Positions 34,701-46,807 of a stretch of 64,000 nucleotides of DNA are shown one piece after another. This DNA is from Magallana gigas. Lineage: Eukaryota. The notes under the pieces are model-generated. The model searched no databases. It was not told the DNA's origin and saw nothing but the letters and a program-made list of their open reading frames with translations. The number at the start of each line of letters is the position of its first letter. The stretch's first letter is position 1. The stretch spans positions 51,274,001 to 51,338,000 of the forward strand of contig NC_088855.1 of NCBI RefSeq assembly GCF_963853765.1. Reading direction: 5' to 3'. The position numbers were made by a program, and so were the translations under genes.

Positions 34701-37700
34701 GACAATGCATAAAAAGCAAACAAACAAAAACAAAATACATGTCCTACAAAGAAATGTTTATTCATATGAGAAAATTTAGGGCTTCCAATGAATACAAAAG
34801 TATTTTAAACCATGAACCAATCGTTTCATGTTTCTTTAAATAGATGGCTCTGTTGCAAAAAATAGTTACTGCAAACCACAATGAAATAGTCTTAAATAAA
34901 AGATTTTTTTACAGAAAACCTAATAACCTCCATCAACATCTTCTTTCCCATTATACATGTAGTTCTAACTGACAAAGGTTATATTTTTGGTGTGTTATTG
35001 AGCTACATTACAGTACACACCTAGCATCTTCAGTCAGGGCTTTGATCTCCTTCAGCTGTTTCTCTGCCGTTCTCACATCATGCAACGCTCTCTTGAAGGA
35101 CTTTGGTTCATTCTCATTGTCTGGCTGCTAAAAATTAAATTTGTTTAAACAATACCGACAGATATTTGACAAACAATTTTTTATTGGCTTGTCAGGATTG
35201 ATCATTTTTTAACCAAAATTTAACCATTCTTACTCTGGATGGCAATCCTTGGGCAATCCACTCTGAACGAAAAGAGGGCCTCTCCTTGTTGTAGGCAAGA
35301 TCTAAATAGGATGGGGACTACAAGACAAAAGAATTCAATGGAAATTACAACATAACCATTGAAACATGTTTCGGAATAAGGAGACAGTATCTTAAGAGGG
35401 CTCAATGGTTGTGGCCATTCTTGGACTATTTAAATCTCCCTAAGAAGAAGAACTCTGTATAAAGATGTAGGAAACAGATATAATTTAAAGTTAAAATTTT
35501 GGATTTTTTTCTTTACTGAATGTTAGTAAATGGACAAAAATATCTTATGTTAAAGTTAAAGGCAGATCTGATGGTTAATTTGTGGACCACCCGGCCTCCG
35601 TAATAAGTATTGAATAGTTCACACAAGTTTTTCTGACTATATCTCATGATTCTCATCCTTCTTACTTTTCTTCCCTCTTCCTGTGCTGGCGGAGGATAAT
35701 CTTGGAATGAAACAGACTGAAAAATGCCAAGAAATTCATGAATACAAGCACTGTATCAAGATGTTGTCATATTTCTTAAAAAGAAATTCCTACAAAATGG
35801 CAAAGGCTTTTTTATATACTTACCAATTTTTCTTCTGTAGCCCTCGGAGAGCCCCTGCCATTAAGTATAGGACTGATTCGTCCCAAAGAATCATTTGGCC
35901 CTTCATGTGAAGATCTTGGCCTCTCAGGGGAAGTCTGACTTCTCTCATTCTGAAACAGTGACCGACTGTACGAAGGTCTCTCTGAAAGACTCCTGCTCAT
36001 TGGCTGTTCTGATTTTTCGTAGGCATCTGAGCGTCTGCTGCGAGTTCTCCCCCTGTCTATAGGGGAGCTGGTAATGGGATTAAATGTCTGACTAGTGTTA
36101 GGCCTATCATACAAAGAATTGTCCATAGCTTCACCAAAATCACTATCCTGGTCATCATATCTGTCGATTGGTTTTCGTGATTTAGGACGAACCAGTTGTC
36201 GACTGCGCTCAGGCTCTCGATGTTGTTCCAGGTTGACTGGTTCTCCTCTGTCAGATGCACGAGTTTTCTTTTCTCTTGGAGAACTTGTCATAGTTGGAGA
36301 ATCCATTCTATTAATGATATACACTTGTGTTCTATAAAATATTCATGCAAAGCAAAAAAGACAGGCATGTAATGGTAGATCAGTTCTTTATCTAGAAAAA
36401 ATTACTCTCTGAACAAAGTGATATTACATTAGATAATTTGTTATTTTCTCTGCAGCTGTTTTCTTGACATTCAGTTTATAGTAAACATAATCTATATGCT
36501 GTACAAATCATCACTGGTGATGGTAGCTTAAAAGTTGGTGATTTTTTACTAAACCTCAAATTCATAATCCCCACTAACTTATCATTATTACTTTCCAGAA
36601 AATTAGCCTCTAGGAAAAAAATTCTTCTGAATCAGTATTCAGTCTGCAATATTGAGAGATGGTTTGCATGAAATTGCATGAAAATTATCAAAATTTTACC
36701 GGATATCAGCCATCCTGTCTGGTGAAAAGCTCCTGAGTGCAGTGCTTGGATTCTGTACATCAGAGTACTTCCTGGACCGTTCCACAGGTGAGCTGGGCCT
36801 CCTTATAAAGTCGCGGGGAGAACTAGGGAGACCATCCAGCTCCATCGGACGACCCTCCTCCTCCCCAGTCCTCTGTCTGGCTGGGGAGGGACTTGAGGAA
36901 GTGGCGCCCCTCTCCTGGGGGGAGGGGCTGAATCTGCCAGTAATGGAGGTGGGACAGCCCGGAGGTAGTTGAGATCTCAGCTCTTCATAAGATGGAGACT
37001 GTATAAAAACAAGAAGATTAACAATACAGAAACATGCTTTAAAACTTTATACTCTAGCTCTGACTGGGAATTAATGTTTAGTTATATTATATCAGCAGTG
37101 TGATTTTTCAGTCTCTAGCTAGTATGAATTTTCACAGTGAGAATTACAAAAATTAATGACAAAAGTCTAAAGATGCTCTTATATATTCAAAGCATGGACT
37201 ATTACTTAAATTTTTTGCAAGTCATCACCTTTTATCCTTATTTGCACAAAATATGAAGGTCTTTTATACAGACTGCAAAAAAGTATTGATATCACAGAAA
37301 CTTATGTCCAATTACATCATAAAAAGCACATTTTTAGCAACTTAACACTGACCCTATTAATAGCTGAGGTTGAGAGGTTCATGGCAGTGCGGGTGGGGGA
37401 TTTCTCCTCCCGACGGATTGGAGGTCCCTTGGATTTTCTGTCATCCATCTCCCTCTGAATCCGCTCGGATTCCTGTGCCAGTTCCTCCCTGCTTAACCTG
37501 GCCTCTTTGCCGTCAGGCTGGGCTTTCTTGGTGACCGGCCTACAAACAAATCAGAGCTGATTAATAAGCGTCAATTATTCATGTTGCAACAAATCAATCC
37601 TCATAGATACAGTAGTGTATATATTGTGGATCAAGCTTTAAAAACGCTGTCACAGTGTGGAAACATGATGAATGCACCTATAACCTCCACACTGCATTTC

Positions 37701-40643
37701 CAAACACTTTGTCCATCCTGTATGGCATGAATCAAATCATCTAGTTAATGCTTTGTCTTGTTGCTCTTTAATTAGTTTACCTATGTATTGGAATCTACTT
37801 GGTTCCAAAGACCTAGATAGCATACAGCCTGTGATATTTAAATGACTATCTGTAAAATCCATCTAATCACCGGGACAGCTAGAGTTTCAGTATGATAGGA
37901 TTGGATTGTCTGATAGCATATTAGGTTGGTGACAAGTTGAAGTCTGGGGTGGAAAGAGGTTCAATATTTAATCAAAATGCTGCTTTACTTCCAGGAGAGC
38001 TTATTAGTGAATGAGAAAGCAATGGAGCATCCAATTCTATAAACATAGGATCAATATGTACAATATACAAGCTTAATCATACATCTGACATCACCATATC
38101 ATGTTTGAAAATCCCTTTTTAAAAGCATTTTGGTGATATGATATGCTAAGTTGCTAAATTTCACAATCATTGAGCAATGGCATTGATCAGTGTAGATCTA
38201 TGTTTTATTCCAGTGAGTTTTTAAATAAGTATTACTAGGCATTTTTTTTACTTTTAGCTAGACCACAGGGCCTTATATCGTGAAGCCTTGACTAACTAAA
38301 GGTGTTAATTAAATAAACTGTCCTTCAAAAATTGCATTATAAACTTTAACTTTGAATTTTGCCCTGTAATATGTATAACCTTCAACACAAAATGTAACAA
38401 TAAAAAAGTCAGCCCATACTTTACAAAGTACTCTCCCTTTGTCTAATCTCTAATTTTTCCTAAGTGCTTCTATTCACTTTATTGATTTTGACCACATTAA
38501 AAAGCATCAAAGTTATTCACATTTTAAATCACTGCAAAACACCATTGTGTGCAACCACAAATGATACCTTAGAATAACTGTACCACAAATACAATTTTTT
38601 TTAAACCTGGTTTCTATACTTATGGAATTAATTAAATGTAATCAAATAAATAAAATATGATTTAATTTTAAAATACACTTAACAAATCCCTACTATCTGA
38701 TGAATTACAGATGTCATTCATCAAAAGAAACATGAACATGAACAGAAAGACAGACAGATCAACAAAGTTGATAATATTGGAAACACAGGCCAATGATTGG
38801 TTGAAGGAATACAAAAGAAAATACCTTTAAAGGTGATAATTATACATGTATATAAAAATGAAAGAACTGCAACCTACATATCATTAAACTTTAGGTGAAC
38901 TAATGAATCATGGAGTTAATACATGTACAAGTAATGCACAGTTTAAGTGACATTGCTGTTGAAGTTATTAATGAACTGTAAAAATCAATTTCACTGTACG
39001 TCAAATTGCAACACATATATTGCCTCTCAGTCTCCTATTTCTATCTCCATCACTAGACAATAACTGACAGCTTATCCCATCCCACACCTAGCCAAGAGTT
39101 AGATGCCGCTAATTAATTAATAAGTTATAATGAATACTGTATGGCAGCTACCTGACAATAGACATGACAATAGAATTAACTTGCTGAAGCCTATACACTG
39201 TGTCTCCCTTTGTCTCCCTCTTTATCAGCCACCCAAATCACCATGACACTGCCTCAATCAGATAGAAATCTTGTGGGAGGATTCCATTTTCTCATGTCAA
39301 CCTCTTAGACTTTATCATTGACAGTTTTTTACATGCAGCATAGTCATTGTTCTGTTTGATACAGAGAAGAAGCTACAATTGGATCAAAGTTCTACTTCAT
39401 GATACATAAATATATTTTTGTAGGGGACTTAAAAGAGATAATTTTGAAGGGATAGTACTGCATATACATTTAATACTTTTAGTACTGAACATCCATTTAA
39501 AGGACTATGTGCAGTATTATGCATTTTTTGCCCCCAAAATCAAAGTTTTACATGTATAAAGAGCTTAAAAAATAAGGTGAAAGATAGTTAAATCATATTG
39601 AAAATAATGATGCAAAATGTTATCACTACAGTGACGTTATACTGTAGAAATGACGTTATGAAGATTGCCTTATTATTATAAATTGATGTTTTGTAGCAAA
39701 ATATGGGTGTTTTCCGATGGTTTTCGACTGGGAAACATTGAGCGCAGGCTTGCTCAAGTAGCATTTTTTAGTATGCTGTGTATAACTATCTGGAGAAAAA
39801 CATGTTAAAATCGTACTTGAGCAGACTTGCGCTCTATACTTCCGAATGCAAAATATAAAACAAAAATGAGAATATTTTTATTTGTTTGCAAATTTGTGGG
39901 AATTAGGTCATTTAGGTGACGTCATAGATAAACAACGAATGAGCAATGATGACTAAAATCAAGATTAAAGTGATAGTCATCCTCTGTACAATGATTTATG
40001 AAGATTTGATTTTTATAAGATACTTTTTAAAAATTGGTTGAAATCGGGGGCAAATATTTGACCATACCGCACATTGTCCTTTTACCATTTTCTGTACATG
40101 CAATACATTGCACTGTGTTTTTAATTTGGATATCATCACTTGACAATGGACATGATTTAAGTGTTATATTCCTATATATTTATCTTCAGTGAACAATACA
40201 TAGATTATAATATAGCGAACAAAGAATTTGTTTGCCAAAATGTTATGATCAATTTTATTATTTCGTCTTAAATTGGGATCTGGATTCTAGTTTTAAAATC
40301 AAACATAAAACAATATAATATATCATGTTTGTATACTTAATGAGAGTAAGGAAGTGGTGATGAAAAAAATAAGGTTTTTTATTTTGTCCTATAGCTATTT
40401 GCTACTCCGAATGACCACGATTTGCTTCAAATTGGGCAAATTAAAATCTTTTCAGCCTGCAATATTAACATACAGTGCAGTAAATTAGCCTTACCTGTTA
40501 ATTTTTGAGAGGTCTGTTAGGGAAGAGCTACGGAATCTCAAACTTATAGTGTGCTCTGCCTGTCGAATGTTCTGCATTCGTTTTAAGGACTGTCTGAGCG
40601 TGGTCAGAAACTCGTCTGGCGATTGATTTACTAGAATTTCCAT
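19701..40643 (-). CDS. Gene 2 (23 exons, ~1246 aa): uncharacterised large coiled-coil protein with a Ser/Pro/Arg-rich disordered N-terminus
   Basis: Phase-consistent GT-AG exons in transcript order: 40495-40643 (MEILVNQSPDEFLTTLRQSLKRMQ...), 37353-37539, 36700-36998, 35824-36307, 35021-35127, 34517-34685, 34057-34221, 33760-33888, 33452-33627, 33144-33249, 32910-33056, 31909-32010, 31621-31797, 26321-26452, 25843-26057, 25405-25471, 24023-24127, 23033-23116, 22271-22449, 21994-22105, 21625-21807, 20953-21135, 19701-19784 (TAA). They total 3741 nt, divisible by 3, with no internal stop. Heptad-like E/K/Q/L/R-rich segments begin at about the 35021 exon. Confidence 0.88.
21163..21350. repeat. 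Degenerate minisatellite (aatagagcaacaac-type units, ~8-16 bp)
   Basis: Repeated ATAGAGCAACA variants immediately upstream, on the - strand, of the acceptor of exon 20953-21135. Confidence 0.85.
22767..22826 (-). CDS. Candidate internal alternative terminal exon of gene 2 (QMPALEYNGYNVHKPNNQM*)
   Basis: Strong acceptor tttctgatttttgcag|CAA, in phase with the upstream exon 23033-23116. In-frame TAA follows after 19 codons and overlaps a GTAAGG donor-like site. Confidence 0.4.
   Translation of the reverse strand, partial: QMPALEYNGYNVHKPNNQM
23268..23840. mobile_element. ~570-bp non-autonomous DNA element with imperfect ~32-bp terminal inverted repeats
   Basis: Left ACTATATATGATAAGAGTTAAATTTGGCCCCC versus right reverse complement ACTATATATGATAAGGGCCTAAAATGGCCCCC. 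Non-coding interior, more CpG-rich than the flanks. Superfamily not assignable by eye. Confidence 0.8.
30907..31643. repeat. 28-bp minisatellite (~26 degenerate units) derived from the 3' end and splice donor of gene 2 exon 31621-31797
   Basis: The + strand unit is ttaccctatttaactgactgatcctctc, i.e. - strand GAGAGGATCAGTCAGTTAAATAGGGTAA. This matches the exon end ...AGAGAGGATCAGTCAGTTAAACAGG|GTAAG. Confidence 0.92.
32676..32908. mobile_element. MITE (TA-flanked, same family as 62488-62714) inserted at the splice donor of gene 2 exon 32910-33056
   Basis: Ends TACTTTAAATTCCT...AGGAGTTTACAGTA, 233 bp. It shares its left ~40 bp, GATTTTAAAATCT, GCGATTTG and the right terminus with the copy at 62488. 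Confidence 0.8.
39501..40080. mobile_element. 580-bp non-autonomous DNA transposon, Kolobok-like (TTAA|AGG...CCT|TTTA)
   Basis: Left AGGACTATGTGCAGTAT...TTTGCCCCC versus right reverse complement AGGACAATGTGCGGTAT...TTTGCCCCC. TTAA precedes the left end and a degenerate TTTA follows the right end. The Kolobok assignment is inferred from the TTAA target and RR termini; piggyBac-like elements also use TTAA. Confidence 0.7.
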
Positions 40644-43079
40644 GCTTAAAATTCCACAATTCTCATACAAAGACAGGCTTCATTACATATACTCTACATC
40701 ACTCAAACTTCAGTTTAATCCAAAAACTATTTTGTACATGGCAAAGGAGAAACCATAGGTCAACTTTAAACAAAGCGCTCCAATTGAATAAACACTTCAC
40801 AGGATCCTTTAGAAGAAATTCATGGATGTTCTGAAGTGAAATCCCTTGTATCAAAGAGCATACACAGAAAAATTTAATATGTTCTTGTCAATAGGTAAAT
40901 TGTGGAACAGCTATATTTACGAGTAGATTAGAATAAAGACACAAAAATCCATCTCTCTGTAGATAAGGTCTTTAGACAGAACGTCCCTACTAAGACTAAC
41001 TCCTGCGTCAACAGACATTAAGGGTACATATGGATACAAAATTCACACAAGGTGCCCCTTTGTCAAGAGAGGCATCCAATAGCCACAGGAGCTGACTCGA
41101 AGCAACATGCCTCCAAAACCTCCCAAGTTTTCATTTCATTAAGAAAACACCAAGTCTGAAATTAATGACTGTACTAAACACCCCATCCCCTCTCAGAATA
41201 GGGATCCCGTTCTTCAGGAATTAATATCTGAATATATTTGAACAATTAGGAACAGTATCTTGTAATCGGACATTTTATTGTTCGGTGAAGCAGACCATGG
41301 GACAAAGATATGCTCTGTCAACAGGACACATAACACTTGTATTGGGGGTACACTATCAACATTCTTTAAAGCAATCAAACTTCTGTATACCCCTATTGTT
41401 TTTTCATCATGGTTACTATTCGACACTGTTCAGCCATGAGAACTGATAGCACACAGCAAGAATCCTCAGATCTCTAATTCTTTGTCTCAATGATCACAAT
41501 CTAGTTTTGAAAAATTATTTTCTTCCATGTTTAATGTTAATTAGTCTAATAACTGTTTAATTACAAAGTCATTTATCATTCTAACTTGTGCCGTGTCATC
41601 ACAGGGATATATGATAGACAATACTAACACTAAGAATTAAACCAGCGTTCATTACAGGATAAAAATACACAATAGCCACGATAAAATAAGAAACAATTAC
41701 CTGTATTACCTATATTCTGTAGAAAGACCGTTAATAACAAAAAGAATGAGGTATCTATTTCTGTGTTACAATTTTGTACCATAACATACACAGGAATAAA
41801 TAGCTGACATTTGATGCAAGCCTGTGAGCCCCACTCAGACTCCTTTCAATTAAAATCTATAAAACTCTGGTAATAATAAACTAGCAAAAGTAGAATAAAT
41901 GGGAGAAAAACATTGCTATACATATATATGAAGGGGAAAACTGTCTAAATTAGTATATATGAAACCAAACATTCATTCTGAAAAATTTATTTTTTACACA
42001 AATGTACTTGACATTCCAAAAATCAGAAAAACAGGCAATCATGTTTAATAAAGTTCATACATTTTGTGATATTCATTGTGACGTAATTTCCTAAAACGTA
42101 AAAGATATCGTTTAAAAAAATCACAGGGCAACAAAGACAGAAGTGAGATATATATATAACAACAATTTAATACACACATAAACATATCAATTATGTCTCT
42201 TATATAAGATCCAGTCTTAAATATTCCTGAAATAATTTGACTTAATGCTGACATATAATACATGCATTGACAGAAATAAATTTATCGCCACTACTGAGTA
42301 ATATCTGATATCCTCAGTTCCAAGCATTTACACAACTCTCTTAAACATAATATCACCAAACATTTAGGCTGTACAACTCAATCCTACCAATAATGTAGGT
42401 ACATGTAACACAAGAAATACTAGTTTCCCAGGTCTAACTTTGGTGTACAGGGCATGCCCTTGATTGTATTTTGTCCACCCTTTGACCTCAGGTCCAATGA
42501 AATAAATGTACACCCCCATGATAAAACTTTGTATACTCCTGATTAGACCTGAATAACTAATTTTATTCGCAGCATTGTTAAGGCGTCCCGATGCTAAAAT
42601 ACGGCTGGAAAACGATATTATTTGATTCATGGCAAAAATAATTTTACCAGGAGTATTTCTTTAAATCTATGTTATATTTATTGACATCGATGTTAAACAT
42701 TATATTTGATGCATTTTTGTGACGTCATATGTACTTCGTAATCACGTGACAGGCGAATCCTAATATTGCAAATGATCTAGTTAAAACGCATCGGCGCAGG
42801 TGATTAATGACATTAAATCATACATATTTTTAAGAAAAATCCTTTGTTAAGTCATAAACTTTGAAGTTCTTGCTTGGGAAAGAAATAGATATTTCGTTTA
42901 TAGAAGATATTGTTGAAACATTCCACAAAATCATCAAAATAATGCACATTTTTACTAATCAAAAGCGATTTACAAAAAATTTGGGTAAATCCGCAGGTTT
43001 CCGCAGCACGATTCACATTGGTATTTATATTCTCTACCAATTTTACGTAAAATATTTTAAAATTGTGTTGATCTTTCAC

Positions 43080-43105
43080 CTGCGCCAAGCTGGTTTTACA
43101 TGCAT
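43080..43105 (-). CDS. Candidate first coding micro-exon of gene 2 (MHVKPAWR)
   Basis: ATG CAT GTA AAA CCA GCT TGG CGC AG|GTGAAA ends in phase 2. It would join ttttaag|C ATG GAA (exon extended to 40644) in frame, giving ...WRSMEILV. The region may instead be repeat-derived. Confidence 0.3.
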
Positions 43106-43364
43106 TAAAATTTCTTCATTCAGTTGTTTACACGTAGCAGGGAGAGTCTCCAAACCACTAGTTTATAAATAGTCTTTTACTTAAAACGAAGCTTTAAAAC
43201 TGCCAATTATTTGATACTGGTTTTTAATATGAATGAATTCTGTACGTCTAGAATTAACTGCAGCATCTATATAAAGGAAACATGCGGTATTATACTGGTT
43301 TGATATAATTCACTTTTAACGTTAAGATACATTCCCTGAGAACTATCGACAGGAATGCAGATCG

Positions 43365-43390
43365 TGACGTCAAAGTTAATTATGACGTCA
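43365..43390. promoter_or_regulatory. Two perfect CRE palindromes (TGACGTCA at 43365 and 43383) in the putative gene 2 promoter
   Basis: Motifs are directly visible between the gene 3 stop (44032) and the gene 2 5' end. A third TGACGTCA (42720) and a TCACGTGA E-box (42742) lie nearby. TGACGTCA also occurs inside local MITEs, so function is unproven. Confidence 0.3.
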
Positions 43391-44031
43391 TATCGTATGA
43401 AGTACAGACAAGTGACTTTCTACATATCGCATCGGGAAGCCTTAACATGCCCGCGTTCTCATGCAGACTTTACATCAATGTTCAACTAACTATACTAAGA
43501 TTGAAAAAAAAATGAGACAGAAACAGTTCAGTTTGAAAATTAAAATGTTGACAAATCAAATAAAGTTTATATGCCATGTGGACATTTCACAGGTATCAAC
43601 TAACAACAATGAAAAACACAGATCTGTCCAGCACATTAAGATAAAAGTAGAGGAATCAATCACAGCTCTCCCAGGCTAACAACAGATTAAGGAGGTATTC
43701 CCACTGAGGTTTTCTTCCTAATCTGGTTACCAGGGTCCTAAAGAACCAGTTCATTACTTAGGACAATTAAGACTTCACTGTGGACAGGTTCTATCAAGTG
43801 AAGGCTAACCACTGGATATTTGTACTCATAATGATTGCTGACCAAAGAACAACACATCAAATAAGGCAAAAATATTTATATGAAAATAATGTCATTGGTC
43901 TTTGCAGGAAGTGTTTGTAATCTAATATGTTCTGTAATAAGAATGATTTCTCTATTGTAACTGTATATATCCACCTACAGCAAATCATTTTACAGAAACC
44001 ATTTCAATAAAATCCATGATGGTCTTTTCAA

Positions 44032-46807
44032 TTAAAGGTTATGAGAAATCATAGCTTTCCAGTGCTGAGCTTTACTTTCTAGTCGATCAAGAGTGACTTC
44101 TAATGGACTATAATTACAACTTTCTGGAGATAGAAAACTGCCCTGACCTCTTTTGTTCATCTCATCATCTGAAATACTATCACAGAAACTTGCTGAAAAA
44201 ATCCTGGAGAAGTTAGCTTCATTTTTAACATTGTAGGACCCCTCAGACAGTCCCAAGAATGACTTGCAATTGGAGTTGTTTTTCCCTCCCTTATTTATGT
44301 TCTTGCCACAAGAACAGCCATAATCTTGGTCTGTCTGAACCTCAACACTCACACAGCTGGTGTCTGGAATGCTATCAATGTTAGGCATCTCAAAAAAGCT
44401 CCCTGTGATAGATCCAGAATCATCCAAGATTCTGTCAGTTTGAGCAACAGAAGACAGTTCCAAGGTGTCTTCATTGCTTTCAGTTAAGGCATCTGTGTAT
44501 TGTCTGTCTTTGATCAAATCACATTGAATTTCCTTGTCTTCTGCAACATAGAAGTATTCATTTTCACCATTGGTGATTTGTTTCAGTAGATCATCCAAGT
44601 CTTTTAAACTGAGCAAGGGTGATAAGCTTTTGTCCTCTGTTTGAACAAAAGCCTCACACATTTTAGAAGAGGGTTGCATAGAGGACTCATGTGAAGAGGG
44701 TAACACAGACTTCACCAAATTCAGTTCATTTGTGACAGGAGAGTTTGAGTAATTTGCTAATGAAGAAGAAACTGCTCCTGCTAATTTTCCTTTCTGTTGC
44801 TTCCCAGCTGTAAGTGACAACGTTGTTTGGTTGTCCCCTGAGCTACTCTCTTTGTCCAATGAGTTGTCCCTGCTGTGATTCGAGTTAACTCCTTCCTCTG
44901 TGTCAATACTGTCATTCTGATTGTCTAAATTCACTTCAATGACGGTTACTGGAGAGAGAGGACAAGGTGAGATAGAAGAGGCTGAAGATGGTGAGGTCGG
45001 ATGAAGTCTGTCGTCTGAATACTCTCCATTTCCATTGGGTCTCATAACTGTTAACAGTTGGTTGGACCTGGTACTTTCAGCATCCTGTAGCACCATTGAG
45101 AGCATGGCTGGTTCTAGATGAACTTCTGTCCTATAACTGTTCTGTCTCATGTTTTTGTCCTCTTCACTTGTTGACAGAATATTAGCTACTTCTAAACTGT
45201 CTTTGGATTCAAAAGTGTCTCTCACTGGACTCTGACAGATTAAAATGCTTGGTACAATATGTTTCTTCTGCAACTGGTCATTCATATTGTTCTCCTGAAG
45301 TTCCAGGTTGCTGCTCCCTGAATCACTCACATCGGAATTGATTTCCATTGATACATTATAAGACTTTTCTTCAGAAGAACTGCTTTCGGTTTCTAAAACT
45401 CTTTCCATTTTGCTTGACTTTTTAAGGCCACATTTGGTACGACCTTCATCTTCTTCATTTAAAGTCTCCAAATAAGTTGGTAATGACTTTTGACGATGAC
45501 TGGCAAACTGTTTTCTTCTCAAATCTTTTGTACTAAAGGAGTTGTATTCTTTAAAAAAGTGCTGGTTTTCCCTTTTTAAAAGGTCAAACAATTTACTCAC
45601 ACTTAACTGTTCACCAGATATTTTTGTATTTGAATTTTCTTTTGCCTGCACAGAAAATTGCTGCATTTTCCTGTGCTCCCTTTTAGCTTTTGCAGCAGTA
45701 CTCTGACTATCATGCTGACTTTTAAACTGTGGGATTGCCTGTTTAGGTGATGACACTCCCATACATTCGTAAATGTGGGGTTCCATAAAAGGTCTCTCTG
45801 TTTGTTGCTGGGCTTGGTTAATATTTGTCTGCTGAATTTTTTTGTACCAATCTTGAGCAAATCTCTCAGGAAGATATGTTTCTGGTCTGTTCCCAAATCC
45901 AAGATTATACAAAATCTGGTCTGGTTCATTAAAAGAATATTGGGAAAACATTCTAGGATTTGGCATATTGTATGGTTGAAATGATTGTGGAAACGCAGGG
46001 CTTGTGTGACATACATCTGGGGATGGAGGATAGTTACTTGCAGTGGACTGTCTGGAAGAAAAGCTTGTGTTAAAGGAACAACTGCTGGTACCTGTACCAG
46101 TCTCAGTGCTTGAAAAATCCTCACTCAACTGTGAGCTAGCTGTGGATCCATGTCTCAGATAATCATTATTCCTAGTAAAATTCAGAGAATCAAGTGGGCT
46201 AAGACTTGAATCCCTGGAACCACTAGAAATCTCTGAACTACTGCTAATGATTTCTGGCTTCTTGTTAAAAGTGTGTTTGGCAAATGGATACTGCTCCTGT
46301 TCTTCCTCAGGTAAAACCAGATCCCGAAGTTTTGAAGACTTTTTATTGTAGTTTTTGTTCATCTCTACCTGTCTTTTCCAATGACGGTCTTGATCTGCAG
46401 TCATCAAATTCATGCCCTGTAAGGTAGCTGAATCCACCAGTAGTTTTTCCAGAAAAGGGTTATGAAGCCTGATCTGGGGAGAGGCTGCTGGGCTTGTAGT
46501 TAGCTCAGATAACTCGCTGCGTATACTAGAGACAGACGTGGTTCTGGACTCAGACAGAGGTTGCTCTGGAGTCTGTCTTCCTGAATTCACTGTGTAGCCA
46601 CTAGACAGAGAGGGTGGGCCAGTTCCTGCACTACTTGAACTGGACATGTCTAATCCAAATTTGTTCTGCCAAATAGAATCCAGTTCATCTTCTTCACTGT
46701 AATCAAATGAACATCCATACAGCCTTTGCCGTGGTACATCTCTGTATTTTATTTCATTGCTGCACTCTTCAGACAATGAGTTCAATTCAAAAGCATACTT
46801 TTGTCTT
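44032..46807 (-). CDS. Large terminal exon of gene 3 (924 codons + stop)
   Basis: Corresponds to the 947-aa ORF 44032..46875. The first 23 residues of that ORF are intronic; the acceptor tttttttttcag|A AGA CAA AAG joins exon 49436 in phase 2. Contains NEPDQILYNLGFGNRPETYLPERFAQDW. Confidence 0.93.

Noticed and set aside
41214-41426. 70-aa - strand ORF as an upstream exon of gene 2
   Set aside because: Starts at GTG just after an in-frame stop, ends in a stop, lacks a usable donor and has no recognisable motif.
42852-43172. Overlapping 78-aa and 103-aa ORFs on opposite strands
   Set aside because: Composition is I/F/K-rich and typical of AT-rich non-coding or repeat DNA; no domain features.
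45603-46124. 173-aa - strand ORF and 69-aa + strand ORF (45775..45984)
   Set aside because: Alternative-frame and antisense shadows within the 2.8-kb coding exon, with no splice or start context of their own.
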